Of a DNA stretch of 64,000 nucleotides, positions 31,249-41,744 are shown in pieces. Position 1 is the stretch's first letter. Every line of letters begins with the position of its first letter. The stretch spans positions 1 through 64,000 of the IMG/VR virus record IMGVR_UViG_3300009034_000001; one strand, given 5' to 3'. Position numbers and translations under genes: made by a program. The notes below the pieces were generated by a model. That model was not told the origin of the DNA, made no database searches, and saw nothing but the letters and a program-made list of their open reading frames with translations.

Positions 31249-31626
31249 TTAATGTATAAGTTCTGTAATATATGCAACAGACTTGGAAAACGTTCCGTTG
31301 GTTGCAACACTAACCAAAAGTGAAACAACGCCCATTATAACGGCAATAACAATACCAACTTTCAACCGCTTTGAAATATCCTTCTTATCATTTATCCAAT
31401 CGCAAATGACTTTTTGTTTCGTTTCCAACCTTGCAATTGTTTCACCATGCTTTCCAACAATGTCATTACAATGATCAAACTTTTTGAATAACCGATGTTG
31501 AATTCGAGCGGTGTCCTTCGTGAAGGTAGTATAAGCCTTAAGATGTGCAACCAGCTTTTCTTCAAGCCTAGCAGCAATTATCTTTGTCTCCATAATTTCT
31601 TTAAGAATCTTTTCTGAATTATCCAT
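31249..31626 (-). CDS. Coiled-coil protein with C-terminal TM helix (holin/XhlA-like)
   Basis: IARLET coiled coil followed by one TM segment; located at the end of the tail module. Confidence 0.45.
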   Translation of the reverse strand: MDNSEKILKEIMETKIIAARLEEKLVAHLKAYTTFTKDTARIQHRLFKKFDHCNDIVGKHGETIARLETKQKVICDWINDKKDISKRLKVGIVIAVIMGVVSLLVSVATNGTFSKSVAYITELIH

Positions 31627-31641
31627 TCAAGCACCTCCCCA

Positions 31642-32625
31642 TTAAGGCCACAACATTCCTCCAACAGAAACTGAGAAACCACCTTTCTTCTTTATATCAT
31701 AATAAGCTAAAAGATCCTTTATCTTCCAAACAGTATACCAAGCCTCTGAAGCACTCCAAGCACCCCAGGTTGGTTCTGGGTCAATAAACTTCCGTGCATA
31801 CACCCAATCCAATTTGAAATCACTTGCGTCATTTTCTGTTCCAACAAATGTCAAATACTTAGCATCTGCAATCGCCGAACCATGAGATTTACTTATCACT
31901 TCAGCACCGGCCATTGTTAAAATTTTCCAGGTATAATTAGTTGTTGTGTTTATCCATTTAACAATGTACCAAGTACTCAAACTAAGATTAAAACCTGTGT
32001 TACCATTCCAATATATTTCTGGACTGAAGATACCATAGTCGTAACCTGTCGGAGAACCGCCACTAAATGCTGTTGTTAGATATAACCGATTCCGGTATCT
32101 ACTAGGATGTTGATACTTTGCTTCAACAATAAAAGGCTCCACTACGTTCATTGCATCTTTTGTGGCAATTTCAGCGTCACTCCCTGATCTATCAAGTGTT
32201 ACAATACTCCCAGCTACAGATACCAATCCGGAAGGAGTCCACTTCGTCAAATCTAAACTAACACCTTCGAAGTCATCAAAGAATCGAAACGTAGCATCTC
32301 CATTACTTTCACTAACTGCTCCACTTTTACGATAGTACATATAAATTTTGGCAGTTCCAGGTGAAATAGGTATACTCGGGGCCTCAATCCAAACTTTAAT
32401 TGGATCGGCGGCTTTGTCTTCTATCCAGAAGTCAATTTCCGTGGCTCCGTCTGCGGAAGTAAAGGCAATATCCTCAGGGAAATTAAAACACTCCCCATCA
32501 CAATGAACATCACCGCCAGCGGATGCGCCGACCTCTAGTAACATTTGATAGTTTGAAACAGGGTCTGTTACACTCCCGGTAATATTAACGTTTTTTCGAT
32601 AAGAGTAATCTGTTAGCCAATTCAT
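31642..32625 (-). CDS. DUF2341 domain virion-associated protein
   Basis: W...YRK...I, YQ, DI.FT..DG...FWIE, IYMYY, F.FFDDF, DWVY.RK...EP. Confidence 0.8.
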   Translation of the reverse strand: MNWLTDYSYRKNVNITGSVTDPVSNYQMLLEVGASAGGDVHCDGECFNFPEDIAFTSADGATEIDFWIEDKAADPIKVWIEAPSIPISPGTAKIYMYYRKSGAVSESNGDATFRFFDDFEGVSLDLTKWTPSGLVSVAGSIVTLDRSGSDAEIATKDAMNVVEPFIVEAKYQHPSRYRNRLYLTTAFSGGSPTGYDYGIFSPEIYWNGNTGFNLSLSTWYIVKWINTTTNYTWKILTMAGAEVISKSHGSAIADAKYLTFVGTENDASDFKLDWVYARKFIDPEPTWGAWSASEAWYTVWKIKDLLAYYDIKKKGGFSVSVGGMLWP

Positions 32626-32628
32626 CTC

Positions 32629-33582
32629 TTAACTTATCCTTTGTCCCCAAACTTTATATGTAATTGATAGCCACTTAAACCTAAAGGCGTTGTCGCACTG
32701 AGCATTATCATTCCTTAAGTGCATTTGAATGGACTTACCTACATCAGCTGCAGCAAACAATGTTTGTCCAGTAAACTTTTGAATTATATAATCATCGGCC
32801 GTGCCACTGTCAAGTTGAACATCCAAGGTAACCGTACTGTGTGCCTGGTCTTGAACATCATCATCACCGTAAGCTTTATATCCCAGAATCAAACGGTTGT
32901 CGCCCGTCATAGTAGGGGCAACGCCACACACCACTATATCCACAGTACCTCCATCATAATTCTCCGGAAGCATGAACTCCATCCAATCATCATGTTTATC
33001 GGAACCAGCGGGGAACTCAAGATAGACAGTTGATTCATTAGTACCTTCAGTTTCAACCTTCGTTGGCTTGTTTGTATCAATTTGTAATGCAGAAGCGGCA
33101 AGTAACTGTATGGTCTGGTCAACTTTCGAACCAGTTAATTCAATCCCGCCAACAGGTAAAATGTAAGCTTCAGTGGCAGTTTTTGCAAAGCAAGCAATTT
33201 GTGCAAAGTCGGAGGGTTTTGCAGATGTTAAACCGCCCGGTGTTATGTCCGAAATATAATACCACATGCCAGGAATTAAACCTGAAAGACCAGTCATCCT
33301 ACCCGCAATTTGACCATAACCAGTATTGCCAACTGTCACATCGTCTCGAACAATTCCGAACGCGGGCATCGTTGAAGCTGAATCTGACTTTGCTTTGTAT
33401 GCCTTTTGGTCTGTAGTTTTAATGTAAAACCACTCATGCTGATCCAAATCTTCGCCCGCGGTAAAAGGGATACAAGTCGGAAGTTCATTTACCAACTTTG
33501 CAAGTAGATCGTTGAACACAGGACACCAATTACGAAGACCAGTGTCTATTTCCTCGAATCCATATGGTGGTAAAAAAACCAT
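32629..33582 (-). CDS. Tail fibre / receptor-binding-like protein
   Basis: Follows the central tail protein; AGEDL..AYKA...MPA.G..GLIPG.WYY.S..PG motif; PENYDGG beta-rich C-terminus. Confidence 0.6.
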   Translation of the reverse strand: MVFLPPYGFEEIDTGLRNWCPVFNDLLAKLVNELPTCIPFTAGEDLDQHEWFYIKTTDQKAYKAKSDSASTMPAFGIVRDDVTVGNTGYGQIAGRMTGLSGLIPGMWYYISDITPGGLTSAKPSDFAQIACFAKTATEAYILPVGGIELTGSKVDQTIQLLAASALQIDTNKPTKVETEGTNESTVYLEFPAGSDKHDDWMEFMLPENYDGGTVDIVVCGVAPTMTGDNRLILGYKAYGDDDVQDQAHSTVTLDVQLDSGTADDYIIQKFTGQTLFAAADVGKSIQMHLRNDNAQCDNAFRFKWLSITYKVWGQRIS

Positions 33583-33609
33583 TACCTAACACCTCCTATT
33601 TACTAAATT

Positions 33610-36003
33610 TTATATTTTTTGAGCAAGGAATTCAACATAAGGTCCGGTATAAGTGCCAACTTGATAAATACGTAATTTGAATGATACGGTCAAGCCGTCT
33701 GTCACTCTATCAGCATTAAGATAAGTCCATGTAGGATCGGTCGTGTAGTATGTATTTTTCACGACATTACCTACCGTAAGTGCTTCAATTTTAAATTGAG
33801 TAATCTCCCTTTCATTTTCATTACACGCTCTTGTACAAGAAAAGTCTAAACCAGCACCGCCAATCCTCGTTGTCTCACGCCAATTAAATGTTAAATCAGG
33901 ACTACCTGAAAAGGTATTATCATATCCTTGACTACCAATTTGAATATTCTGTACCGGTAATGGTGAATACTTAAGAGCTTGGTAGTTCAACGTTTTAGTA
34001 TCAATATGATCGTTATCAGGTTGTGGAAATCCACTATACATATGATAAGGTAAAATTTCAATATCAAGTGTACATGGCGCAAGTGATTCCGGATCTAACA
34101 AAGTGGCCTCGGCAAATATTCCAAGAAACTGAACACTCTTACCTGTGGAATGAGCAGAATTTGTTGTCCATTCACGCCCTCTAATCAAATTGGTAAATTC
34201 ATAACGATCGGAAAAAACTGTAACATCTTTACAATAAATAATTTCGCCGTCAATCCATAAAGCCAGTGAGCCCGAATACCAGCCCCACTTATTGGTTGAA
34301 GTAATTTCAATAGTATCAATGTTCCTAAGTACGGTAATAGTAGTTGTAGTATCAACTAAACCTGGACTCTGGGGAAGATCAAACTTTAAAGTACCCAACA
34401 CATTAGGAGGTAGATATTGTTGCTCGCTAAGTAAAATGTCATTGTAGTAAACGCCTGGAGCAATAGAGGCCAACTGTGGGTTAATATCTGACTTTTCAAT
34501 TGCAAGTTGAATACCTCTCAAGTAACCCTCCCAGACCTCAACGGGAACGTAATCAGTCACGAATACATCAGCATATTTAGGTATTTCAGGAGCTACAAAA
34601 TCGGCTACACCAGTTGAGTAAATTTCTTCAACTAATTGTAAATCCAGTACATCTTCTTCATGTTTAAGTTCAATGATTCTAAAATTGCGATTAATGTTCA
34701 TAGTAGTGTATTGAACGGTCACCACTTGTCCCTTACGTACATCCAACTTATCGGTCTTCAAACGCAATATGCCACGCGGACAACTAATTTCAAACAGTAC
34801 CCGAGGAGCAATCTTTTTGATTGTATCAAGGTCGGTGGACAAGCCAAACTGTATTCGTTGTATCCTTTCCGTTCCAGCAAGTTCATATGCAGCAGGGTCA
34901 TCAAGATAGTAAGCCACTCTATCATAACGTTTTTCAGCACTGTCGTATTCAATTATCAATGAAGTATAAGTTTTCATGTATGTTGGCCGACTTATTTGTA
35001 CACTCCCGGCCACAATTCTACTGTTAGGAATTGTATCCGATGCAGCTTCTTCACGTTTTATGCCCATTGAGTATTTACCATCGGAAGTCAATTCTGAATA
35101 ACCGCCAATAAAATCCAAAAGTAACTTAATTGCATCTAACAGATTTGCAGCACCTTCTCTGAGTGTTAATGAACAACCTAAACCTTCGGAACCTATAGTT
35201 TGGGCAACAGTTGTGATACCTGACGTGTCGACTTTGGTAACATCTAATCCAATTAACCTCTCATTTGTAACCACATCATAAATAATTTCAACAGGATTAG
35301 CATGTCTTCCAATTACATGTGAAACGCCATAAAGAAGTTGTGGGTACTTTTGTACAACCATAGTTATTGGACCCGGCGTCGTTTGTGCCGATAAATCCTG
35401 TCTATGTGCAAAATAACAAATATTTCTATAGGCAGGCGTCTCAGCTGTGTGCATTGCATCCAGGAGTGAATCAACAGTTTGTGTTTGTGTACCCCAATAG
35501 AAAGTACCCTGTCTAATCCCTTTGATCCAATCGTCACCAACATCCCACTTTGGTGAAGGTTTTGTGGTCTCGGCAGGAGGGATTTCTCCTGCATCCAAAA
35601 TTGGCTCTTTAACCCAGTCAGCTAAATCGGGAAGTGTAAGTGCTACGCCAGAGCGTTTATAATTCACAGCCTTATCCGATTGACCAAATCGTAGCCATAC
35701 TAATTTGTCTACAGGTCCAAGGCACACCATTGCAGCCATATCAATGGTATATGTATGCCAAACATACACCGGTCCCTTCTTACCTTTTGGTCTTCTTACA
35801 TGTTCTTCAGTTCGAAAGTTTCCCATTTCCAAGTACAAAGGTTGTACCAGTTGCTCGCCCCAAATTACTGGTATTGGTGTACCGTAATTAACCTTCGAAA
35901 ACTTAAATTCCGCAGGTTCAAAGGTAGTCTTCTGTCTCCTTCTGCCAATAAGGTTTGTCAGCATACTGACGCCAAACATTATTATTGGGAACCATGCAAC
36001 CAC
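33610..36003 (-). CDS. Central tail / host-specificity protein (Phage-tail_3, GTA-like)
   Basis: YG.PIPVIWG, PAYR, ANP..IIYD, RG...T...H; follows the BR0599 and NlpC genes. Confidence 0.85.
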   Translation of the reverse strand: MVAWFPIIMFGVSMLTNLIGRRRQKTTFEPAEFKFSKVNYGTPIPVIWGEQLVQPLYLEMGNFRTEEHVRRPKGKKGPVYVWHTYTIDMAAMVCLGPVDKLVWLRFGQSDKAVNYKRSGVALTLPDLADWVKEPILDAGEIPPAETTKPSPKWDVGDDWIKGIRQGTFYWGTQTQTVDSLLDAMHTAETPAYRNICYFAHRQDLSAQTTPGPITMVVQKYPQLLYGVSHVIGRHANPVEIIYDVVTNERLIGLDVTKVDTSGITTVAQTIGSEGLGCSLTLREGAANLLDAIKLLLDFIGGYSELTSDGKYSMGIKREEAASDTIPNSRIVAGSVQISRPTYMKTYTSLIIEYDSAEKRYDRVAYYLDDPAAYELAGTERIQRIQFGLSTDLDTIKKIAPRVLFEISCPRGILRLKTDKLDVRKGQVVTVQYTTMNINRNFRIIELKHEEDVLDLQLVEEIYSTGVADFVAPEIPKYADVFVTDYVPVEVWEGYLRGIQLAIEKSDINPQLASIAPGVYYNDILLSEQQYLPPNVLGTLKFDLPQSPGLVDTTTTITVLRNIDTIEITSTNKWGWYSGSLALWIDGEIIYCKDVTVFSDRYEFTNLIRGREWTTNSAHSTGKSVQFLGIFAEATLLDPESLAPCTLDIEILPYHMYSGFPQPDNDHIDTKTLNYQALKYSPLPVQNIQIGSQGYDNTFSGSPDLTFNWRETTRIGGAGLDFSCTRACNENEREITQFKIEALTVGNVVKNTYYTTDPTWTYLNADRVTDGLTVSFKLRIYQVGTYTGPYVEFLAQKI

Positions 36004-36429
36004 TTATATTCCTCCAACCCTTAAATAGTACCTAATTCTGTCTTTATGGTCTTGTGTGAATACCGACGTATGACAACCAGCACCAAACGAACAAGAAAAG
36101 AGTTCATCTTTGTCAAGCAGTATTGCAAAAGTCACTCTACTTCTCTTGCCTCTGCCGAAGATAAAGACGCAAAGGTCGCCTGGTTCAGGGGTATCAACAA
36201 AGGTCAAATCATAATGTTCTAATACCCATTTACTAGCTTCCTCAGGCGTTCTGTTCAAAATTTCATCAAAACTAGGGTGTTTCAGTTCCGGTTTGACTAC
36301 CTTGAAGATCTCAATTACAACGTTGCCACAATCTCCGCCAACGCCCTTTTTACATTGGCCAAACCAAAATGGAGTACCCTTCCAGGATTCCGCTTCCATT
36401 CTAATTTTCTGAAGATTGCCCTCAGTCAT
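36004..36429 (-). CDS. NlpC/P60-like tail tip protein
   Basis: A.SW.GTPF...G.DC, PGDL..F; synteny. Confidence 0.8.
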   Translation of the reverse strand: MTEGNLQKIRMEAESWKGTPFWFGQCKKGVGGDCGNVVIEIFKVVKPELKHPSFDEILNRTPEEASKWVLEHYDLTFVDTPEPGDLCVFIFGRGKRSRVTFAILLDKDELFSCSFGAGCHTSVFTQDHKDRIRYYLRVGGI

Positions 36430-37257
36430 TTACTTCTTTTTGCCCTCCTTCATGTAGCTCTCTCTTCCTACAAATACTTGGTCCTCGTAGGGCGCCCAGG
36501 GGAAACCGATAAAGTTATCTGCGTTGCTAAACTTATTTTTACATGTATCGATTTTCTTATCACAACCGGCATAAAACACAATGCCATCGCCAACCTCAAC
36601 AGAAATAAACGGCCAAAACAATGTGATCTTACCCGAATTATCCTGACTAACAATCATACGAGCCTCGCCTCGGTCAGCAACTTTGGCAAAGCCATACTTA
36701 AACCAATCCGTTGTAGAATACCAAGGGTCAGGAACTTGGATTCCTTTTCCTGCCAGTGTTATTGTTAACTCCTTCTTGTTTGTATCAATCCAACTTACAA
36801 CTCCAGAAACAAAATAGTCAGCCCTACTAAGCGCACAACGGGTACTGAACAATCGTAAGGTACAATTTGGTGTGGCAACGTGACCGACAACAGATAGTGC
36901 TCTTTCTGCCGTTTCAGCCAACACACTTACCGAAACGTCTAAATCATCAGCCGTTACTTCGGAAACAACACCTCTGAACAAATCTTCTTCCGTCGCTGCA
37001 TACGGATCAACAAGCTTAACCTCTACATCAAATTTGTTGCCAAAAAAGTGGATAGCGTAATCCGATAAAAACTGTACAAACTTTCTTTGACATTTAAACG
37101 AGAATTCATCCCGGTCTTCCAACTCACTTAACTCCAGTGCACCAAGATCAATCTTAACTGGTTCGTAAGTTATAGCACCTACCGTAACCTGGATATTGGT
37201 ATTAATTATGGCCTTTACTTCACTTCCATATCTAAATATGATTCCAAAGACTTTCAT
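36430..37257 (-). CDS. Baseplate hub protein (DUF2163/Phage_BR0599)
   Basis: C...LFS.RC and GCDK..DTC.NKFSN..NF.GFP. Confidence 0.9.
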   Translation of the reverse strand: MKVFGIIFRYGSEVKAIINTNIQVTVGAITYEPVKIDLGALELSELEDRDEFSFKCQRKFVQFLSDYAIHFFGNKFDVEVKLVDPYAATEEDLFRGVVSEVTADDLDVSVSVLAETAERALSVVGHVATPNCTLRLFSTRCALSRADYFVSGVVSWIDTNKKELTITLAGKGIQVPDPWYSTTDWFKYGFAKVADRGEARMIVSQDNSGKITLFWPFISVEVGDGIVFYAGCDKKIDTCKNKFSNADNFIGFPWAPYEDQVFVGRESYMKEGKKK

Positions 37258-39110
37258 TAGTTTTCAATTAACCTCGCAATTATATTACAAACAGGAGATA
37301 ACTTGAAATCAAGTTCCAATGTGTCTTCCACAAAGTACCCTGACACTTTAAAATGAATCTGTAAACTACTCGTCACCGCTTTTGTTAATCCAGCGGAAAG
37401 TTGTAGTCTCAAGTAAGTTGTGAAATCTGATACATTGGTAACGGTCACCACTTGTTGCGTCCTTCTATCATGTTGGATTATTAATGTTGGATAGGTAGAC
37501 CAAACATCCTTGTACCATGTTGGAGTGACATCAAGGAACGTACTTCCAATAAGAGCATTAGAATGTACACGCAACTCACCGCGCCATGTACAAAACTTTA
37601 CAGTGCCACCATGCACAGAAGTAAAAAATGCATTTCTAATATTCCTCCAACTATTTACATCTATAAGTTGAAACTCAAGTTCAGAAATTACAGGTGGCCT
37701 TAATCTATAAGTAACTTGAGATGAAATACCATACTCTTTTCCCTTTCTCCTCACTGTAGACATTAGACCGCCGCCAGTTCTTGGACCAGTGGCTATAATA
37801 TTTGAAATATCCACTTCGCTAGCAGGTTGTGTAAAGGACGTTACAACATTCTCTAAACAGTCAATTTCAAGAACGTCTACTGTGCCAACAAGTGTAGGAA
37901 GTTGTTTTACAGTAGCAAAAGTACTAATTGCAGGTATAATCCATGTGTCAGATTGGACATAGCTCTTATCTAACCTCCTAGCAAGTGTAATCTTATTTCC
38001 CAAAATTGAAAAAATTCGTCTCACTTCCCATCGACGCAATCTGCGTTCCCACACTGCAACGAGATTTTCAACCTCAAATTCCGTAATATCATCCACATCA
38101 ATTTCAAGTGCATAACTAGGATCGGTAGTTGGATTTGCATACAGTGGCCAGATTGGCACTATTACAGCCTTGACTGCTGTATCAATAAATGTATTAAAAT
38201 CCTGACGTCCCTCGACGGCATCACAGACGGTATAAGAGATTTGTCGAACCGGACGTGCAGTGTGTAGGAATCTCTTTGTAGTTCCATCCGCAAGTAATCT
38301 TCGCTTTGTTTGTGCAGCGTATTTAATCTTTAGTCGAGTGGATGGAATGTTATATAACAGCCAATGAAGGAAAACTGAAAAAACCGCGGTACATGTAAGA
38401 GTTTTGGTAACCGGAGAAAACGGCGCCGGTGGAGTCACGCCTGCATCCATCGTTTCGCTGACTTCAACTCCTTCCGGAAGTACAACAGTAGGAATTAAGG
38501 CAAACTCTTCCGATGGAGCAAGTGTGTAAGGAAGTGCCGGAATTTGCATATTAAAGATCGTTCCCTGAGTAGCAGCAGTCCAACTTACAGATTCGTCATA
38601 TCGATTTATCAAGTATGACTGTTCTTGATCACCCATTATGGCATATCCAAAGTCAACTAAAGCGGGAACAATGTAAATTCCCCAATAGTAAAACGAAACC
38701 GGTCGTCTTTCCAACACTCCACCCCAGGTGTACATGTAATAAGAGGGATTGGCCCAAGCAAACGGTCCACACGGTGGACAATCACAAAACCGGAAGTCGT
38801 TGGTATGTCTAAAACAAACAATCACACCTTTATCTAGGCCTCTTCCAGTCATAACATTTGAGCCAGGATCCATAAACCAAGAGAAGTCCACACCTGTTGG
38901 AGGCCCAAGTTTTGCATTGACTTCCCCTTCATCAACATCATCCCAAAGTGGTATCCACCAATCAGGATGTGCAAAGATACCAAGTTTTGAAACAATACTG
39001 TAGCCGGCTTGTAATACAACACGAATAGCATCAAGGATAGCATAATCCGCTTCGAAATCCTTACGAATCGTTACTATAGCATAGTTTGCTTGTAGTTCCT
39101 TGTTAGCCAT
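37257..39110 (-). CDS. Tail tip / distal tail virion protein
   Basis: 617 aa, directly upstream of the BR0599 gene. Confidence 0.6.
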   Translation of the reverse strand: MANKELQANYAIVTIRKDFEADYAILDAIRVVLQAGYSIVSKLGIFAHPDWWIPLWDDVDEGEVNAKLGPPTGVDFSWFMDPGSNVMTGRGLDKGVIVCFRHTNDFRFCDCPPCGPFAWANPSYYMYTWGGVLERRPVSFYYWGIYIVPALVDFGYAIMGDQEQSYLINRYDESVSWTAATQGTIFNMQIPALPYTLAPSEEFALIPTVVLPEGVEVSETMDAGVTPPAPFSPVTKTLTCTAVFSVFLHWLLYNIPSTRLKIKYAAQTKRRLLADGTTKRFLHTARPVRQISYTVCDAVEGRQDFNTFIDTAVKAVIVPIWPLYANPTTDPSYALEIDVDDITEFEVENLVAVWERRLRRWEVRRIFSILGNKITLARRLDKSYVQSDTWIIPAISTFATVKQLPTLVGTVDVLEIDCLENVVTSFTQPASEVDISNIIATGPRTGGGLMSTVRRKGKEYGISSQVTYRLRPPVISELEFQLIDVNSWRNIRNAFFTSVHGGTVKFCTWRGELRVHSNALIGSTFLDVTPTWYKDVWSTYPTLIIQHDRRTQQVVTVTNVSDFTTYLRLQLSAGLTKAVTSSLQIHFKVSGYFVEDTLELDFKLSPVCNIIARLIEN

Positions 39111-39130
39111 GTATAAAGAAAATCTCCAAT

Positions 39131-39835
39131 TTATGCATTTTCAAATGCTAACTTGAAGTAGTCTGATGGATATCCTGCACCGGCAGCTGTCACAACTCTC
39201 TTAATCCAAATTGCGGCAAACTCATCCGGACCTAAAGTTCCACAATCCAATACATCACCATGTACTTTCGAACTTGGCTGTACAAAGGTACACTGATCAA
39301 TACCTGCAACTTTACCCGCGGCAGTTGCATTGGTTGTGCCTAAGTAATTTGATGCAAGATACAGAAGTGTAACACCAATAATACTTTGTATTTTAACAGC
39401 ATCGCCTTCAACGTCATCGGTAGAATTAAAAATTTTCTCGCCCTTGGCAAGTTCGGTTATGAAATCAGTACCATTTCCAATTACAACCGTGGAGCCATTT
39501 TGGAAATTCAATAAGCCCGTCAATTGAACAGGCTCGCTTGTTGTACTTTTTGTTCCACCTCTCAGGATCGAAATTTCATCATTTGGAGCCGGCGTAAATT
39601 CTGAAATCCAACACTTTACGTTGGACCACGTAGCCGACGGGTTCTTATTTGCGATATAAATTTTACGATATTCAGTATCACCAGCTTGACGTTCAGCATC
39701 ACTTACATCATCAAAAACGTTTTCGTCAATACCACTTGTAATCTCATCAGACCAGTCAATTCCGCCACCGTGAGTATCACCTTCCGGCCAGACTACACAC
39801 TCGTAAAATTTTAATAAACTAGGATCAACAGGCAT
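39131..39835 (-). CDS. Virion tail-associated protein
   Basis: FDDVS..E...G..EYRK.Y..N and AIWIKR motifs; synteny. Confidence 0.65.
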   Translation of the reverse strand: MPVDPSLLKFYECVVWPEGDTHGGGIDWSDEITSGIDENVFDDVSDAERQAGDTEYRKIYIANKNPSATWSNVKCWISEFTPAPNDEISILRGGTKSTTSEPVQLTGLLNFQNGSTVVIGNGTDFITELAKGEKIFNSTDDVEGDAVKIQSIIGVTLLYLASNYLGTTNATAAGKVAGIDQCTFVQPSSKVHGDVLDCGTLGPDEFAAIWIKRVVTAAGAGYPSDYFKLAFENA

Positions 39836-39846
39836 CTTACACCTCC

Positions 39847-40761
39847 TTATTCATAATTCCTTATAATATACCACCGTGAATACTCATCCGTCAAGGCATC
39901 AGGAAAAGCAATATACGCTTTTGTATCAATGGTCACAATATCTTCAGCACTTAAACCCTTACCTTGCGTTTTCCATATCCACTTATAAGCACCTCTCATT
40001 CCATGTGGCTTCTCTTCGCCCAACATTAGTGGAAAGAGTGTATACTTATCGTTAACATTTCTTTCAAAATAATTACAATATGGCATAAACCACACCGAAC
40101 CCCTTCCCGAACTTGGCTCATCTTCATTGACATAATACCTCCGGCCAAACTTCCAAGCGGTACCGTCATACAAGCACTGAGGTCCACCCACACTAGTATT
40201 AGACCCAAAAGCAATCTGTTCGCTCGAGAACGCATAAGAAGCAGGCTGGTCACGTTTTCCAGAGCCATCAACTAACATTGGATAGGGATCTTGGGTTCTC
40301 AACGCAAACCTTCTAATTAGTCCGGCATAGAATGCAGGATATGAAGATACAACTCTTATCACGGCAATAATTACATCTTTATCACCAAAGAACCAATATT
40401 TCATATTGCTATCGTGGAGACCAGCGTAAGGTACATTTACATATGCACCGTTGACTACAGATGGAATAAATGAAATCGCTCCAGGTTGATCTTCAAATCC
40501 GTTCCCAGCCAAGTAACCGGTATATCCATTAACTTGGATCCCACAAATATCTGTATTGCCTGTCAAATACTTCGTTATACCAAGATAAATTTCTTCCTGA
40601 GCAGATTCACCAGTAGAATAGTATATTACATACTCTTGACCATTGGTTCCAGTTCCAACTTTCTTCTGCGTCCACCCAACCGTGGTGTTAATAAATGTCT
40701 TCAACTTTGTAAATAAATCACCCAAATCTGTTGCAGTTGAAGCTTCTTTTTTAAAAGCCAT
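39847..40761 (-). CDS. Virion structural protein, paralog A
   Basis: Shares STGESA.E..Y.G, DQPGA, YW.FG.KD, FY.G and DPYPM with 40774..41724. Confidence 0.7.
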   Translation of the reverse strand: MAFKKEASTATDLGDLFTKLKTFINTTVGWTQKKVGTGTNGQEYVIYYSTGESAQEEIYLGITKYLTGNTDICGIQVNGYTGYLAGNGFEDQPGAISFIPSVVNGAYVNVPYAGLHDSNMKYWFFGDKDVIIAVIRVVSSYPAFYAGLIRRFALRTQDPYPMLVDGSGKRDQPASYAFSSEQIAFGSNTSVGGPQCLYDGTAWKFGRRYYVNEDEPSSGRGSVWFMPYCNYFERNVNDKYTLFPLMLGEEKPHGMRGAYKWIWKTQGKGLSAEDIVTIDTKAYIAFPDALTDEYSRWYIIRNYE

Positions 40762-40773
40762 CTCAATCCTCCT

Positions 40774-41724
40774 TTAAGGTTCCTTTACAGCAACCCCTCC
40801 ATTGTAGACAACGGGACGATGATCAGGAAAAGCTCTGTAGAAATCGCCCCAAACTTCAATTTGTTGAGCTGGTGCTAGACCATAAGTACTCACACTATAT
40901 ATATATTTTAATGAGCCTCTAATTTCTGCGTTTACATCTGCAATAACTATGGGACTTAAGATGTAACCACCCGATCGTGAATTAGGCTGATTTTCCAACA
41001 AATTTATTTCATATAATCCAAAGCACCCAGACTGTATTGGATAATAGTTTATCAACGCATTTGAGCCCATACCTTGTAGCCAACCATCGTTAGTGTGCTT
41101 CCGGATAAAGTAAGCACTTTTCTTACCGCCATAGGTAGGCCAACCACTTATAGCAAAGTATGGACAAGGTCGTGCCCAACCGGTTCCACCAAAGTCATAA
41201 TATGCAGATAAACTGGGGCCATATAAATGATTCATACCCAAACCGATCATTGGATATGGATCACTATCCAAGTAACTTGAAAACTTACCAAGATAGAATG
41301 GCATGTGGTAAGTACTAACCTTAACGAAACCCATAATTACATCTTTACTACCAAACAGCCAATACGATAAACTTAAAGTCTTTGCTAACCGGATAGCCGG
41401 GAGAAAGTAAGAATTGGCATTTGGACTACACTCAAAACAGAAAGCACCTGGTTGATCAATAAAATCCTTCCCAACATCAATACCTGTATAACAGTTAAAT
41501 TCTAAACCACAATGATTGTCATCATTATAATACTCATGGACTCCAATATATAAATTTTCGGCAGCCGATTCGCCTGTTGAGTGAAAACACGAATATGATC
41601 CACCCGCCGTTGGATCAACTCCGGAGTGTTGCTGCGTCCATCCACATGTAAGAATAAATGCAACAAGAGCTGCATACAAATCATCTAAATTGGTCACCGT
41701 CCCGTACGACTTTTGATATGACAT
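40774..41724 (-). CDS. Virion structural protein, paralog B
   Basis: Immediately downstream of the tape measure; paralog of the adjacent gene. Confidence 0.7.
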   Translation of the reverse strand: MSYQKSYGTVTNLDDLYAALVAFILTCGWTQQHSGVDPTAGGSYSCFHSTGESAAENLYIGVHEYYNDDNHCGLEFNCYTGIDVGKDFIDQPGAFCFECSPNANSYFLPAIRLAKTLSLSYWLFGSKDVIMGFVKVSTYHMPFYLGKFSSYLDSDPYPMIGLGMNHLYGPSLSAYYDFGGTGWARPCPYFAISGWPTYGGKKSAYFIRKHTNDGWLQGMGSNALINYYPIQSGCFGLYEINLLENQPNSRSGGYILSPIVIADVNAEIRGSLKYIYSVSTYGLAPAQQIEVWGDFYRAFPDHRPVVYNGGVAVKEP

Positions 41725-41744
41725 CTTACTTAAAACCTCCTTCT

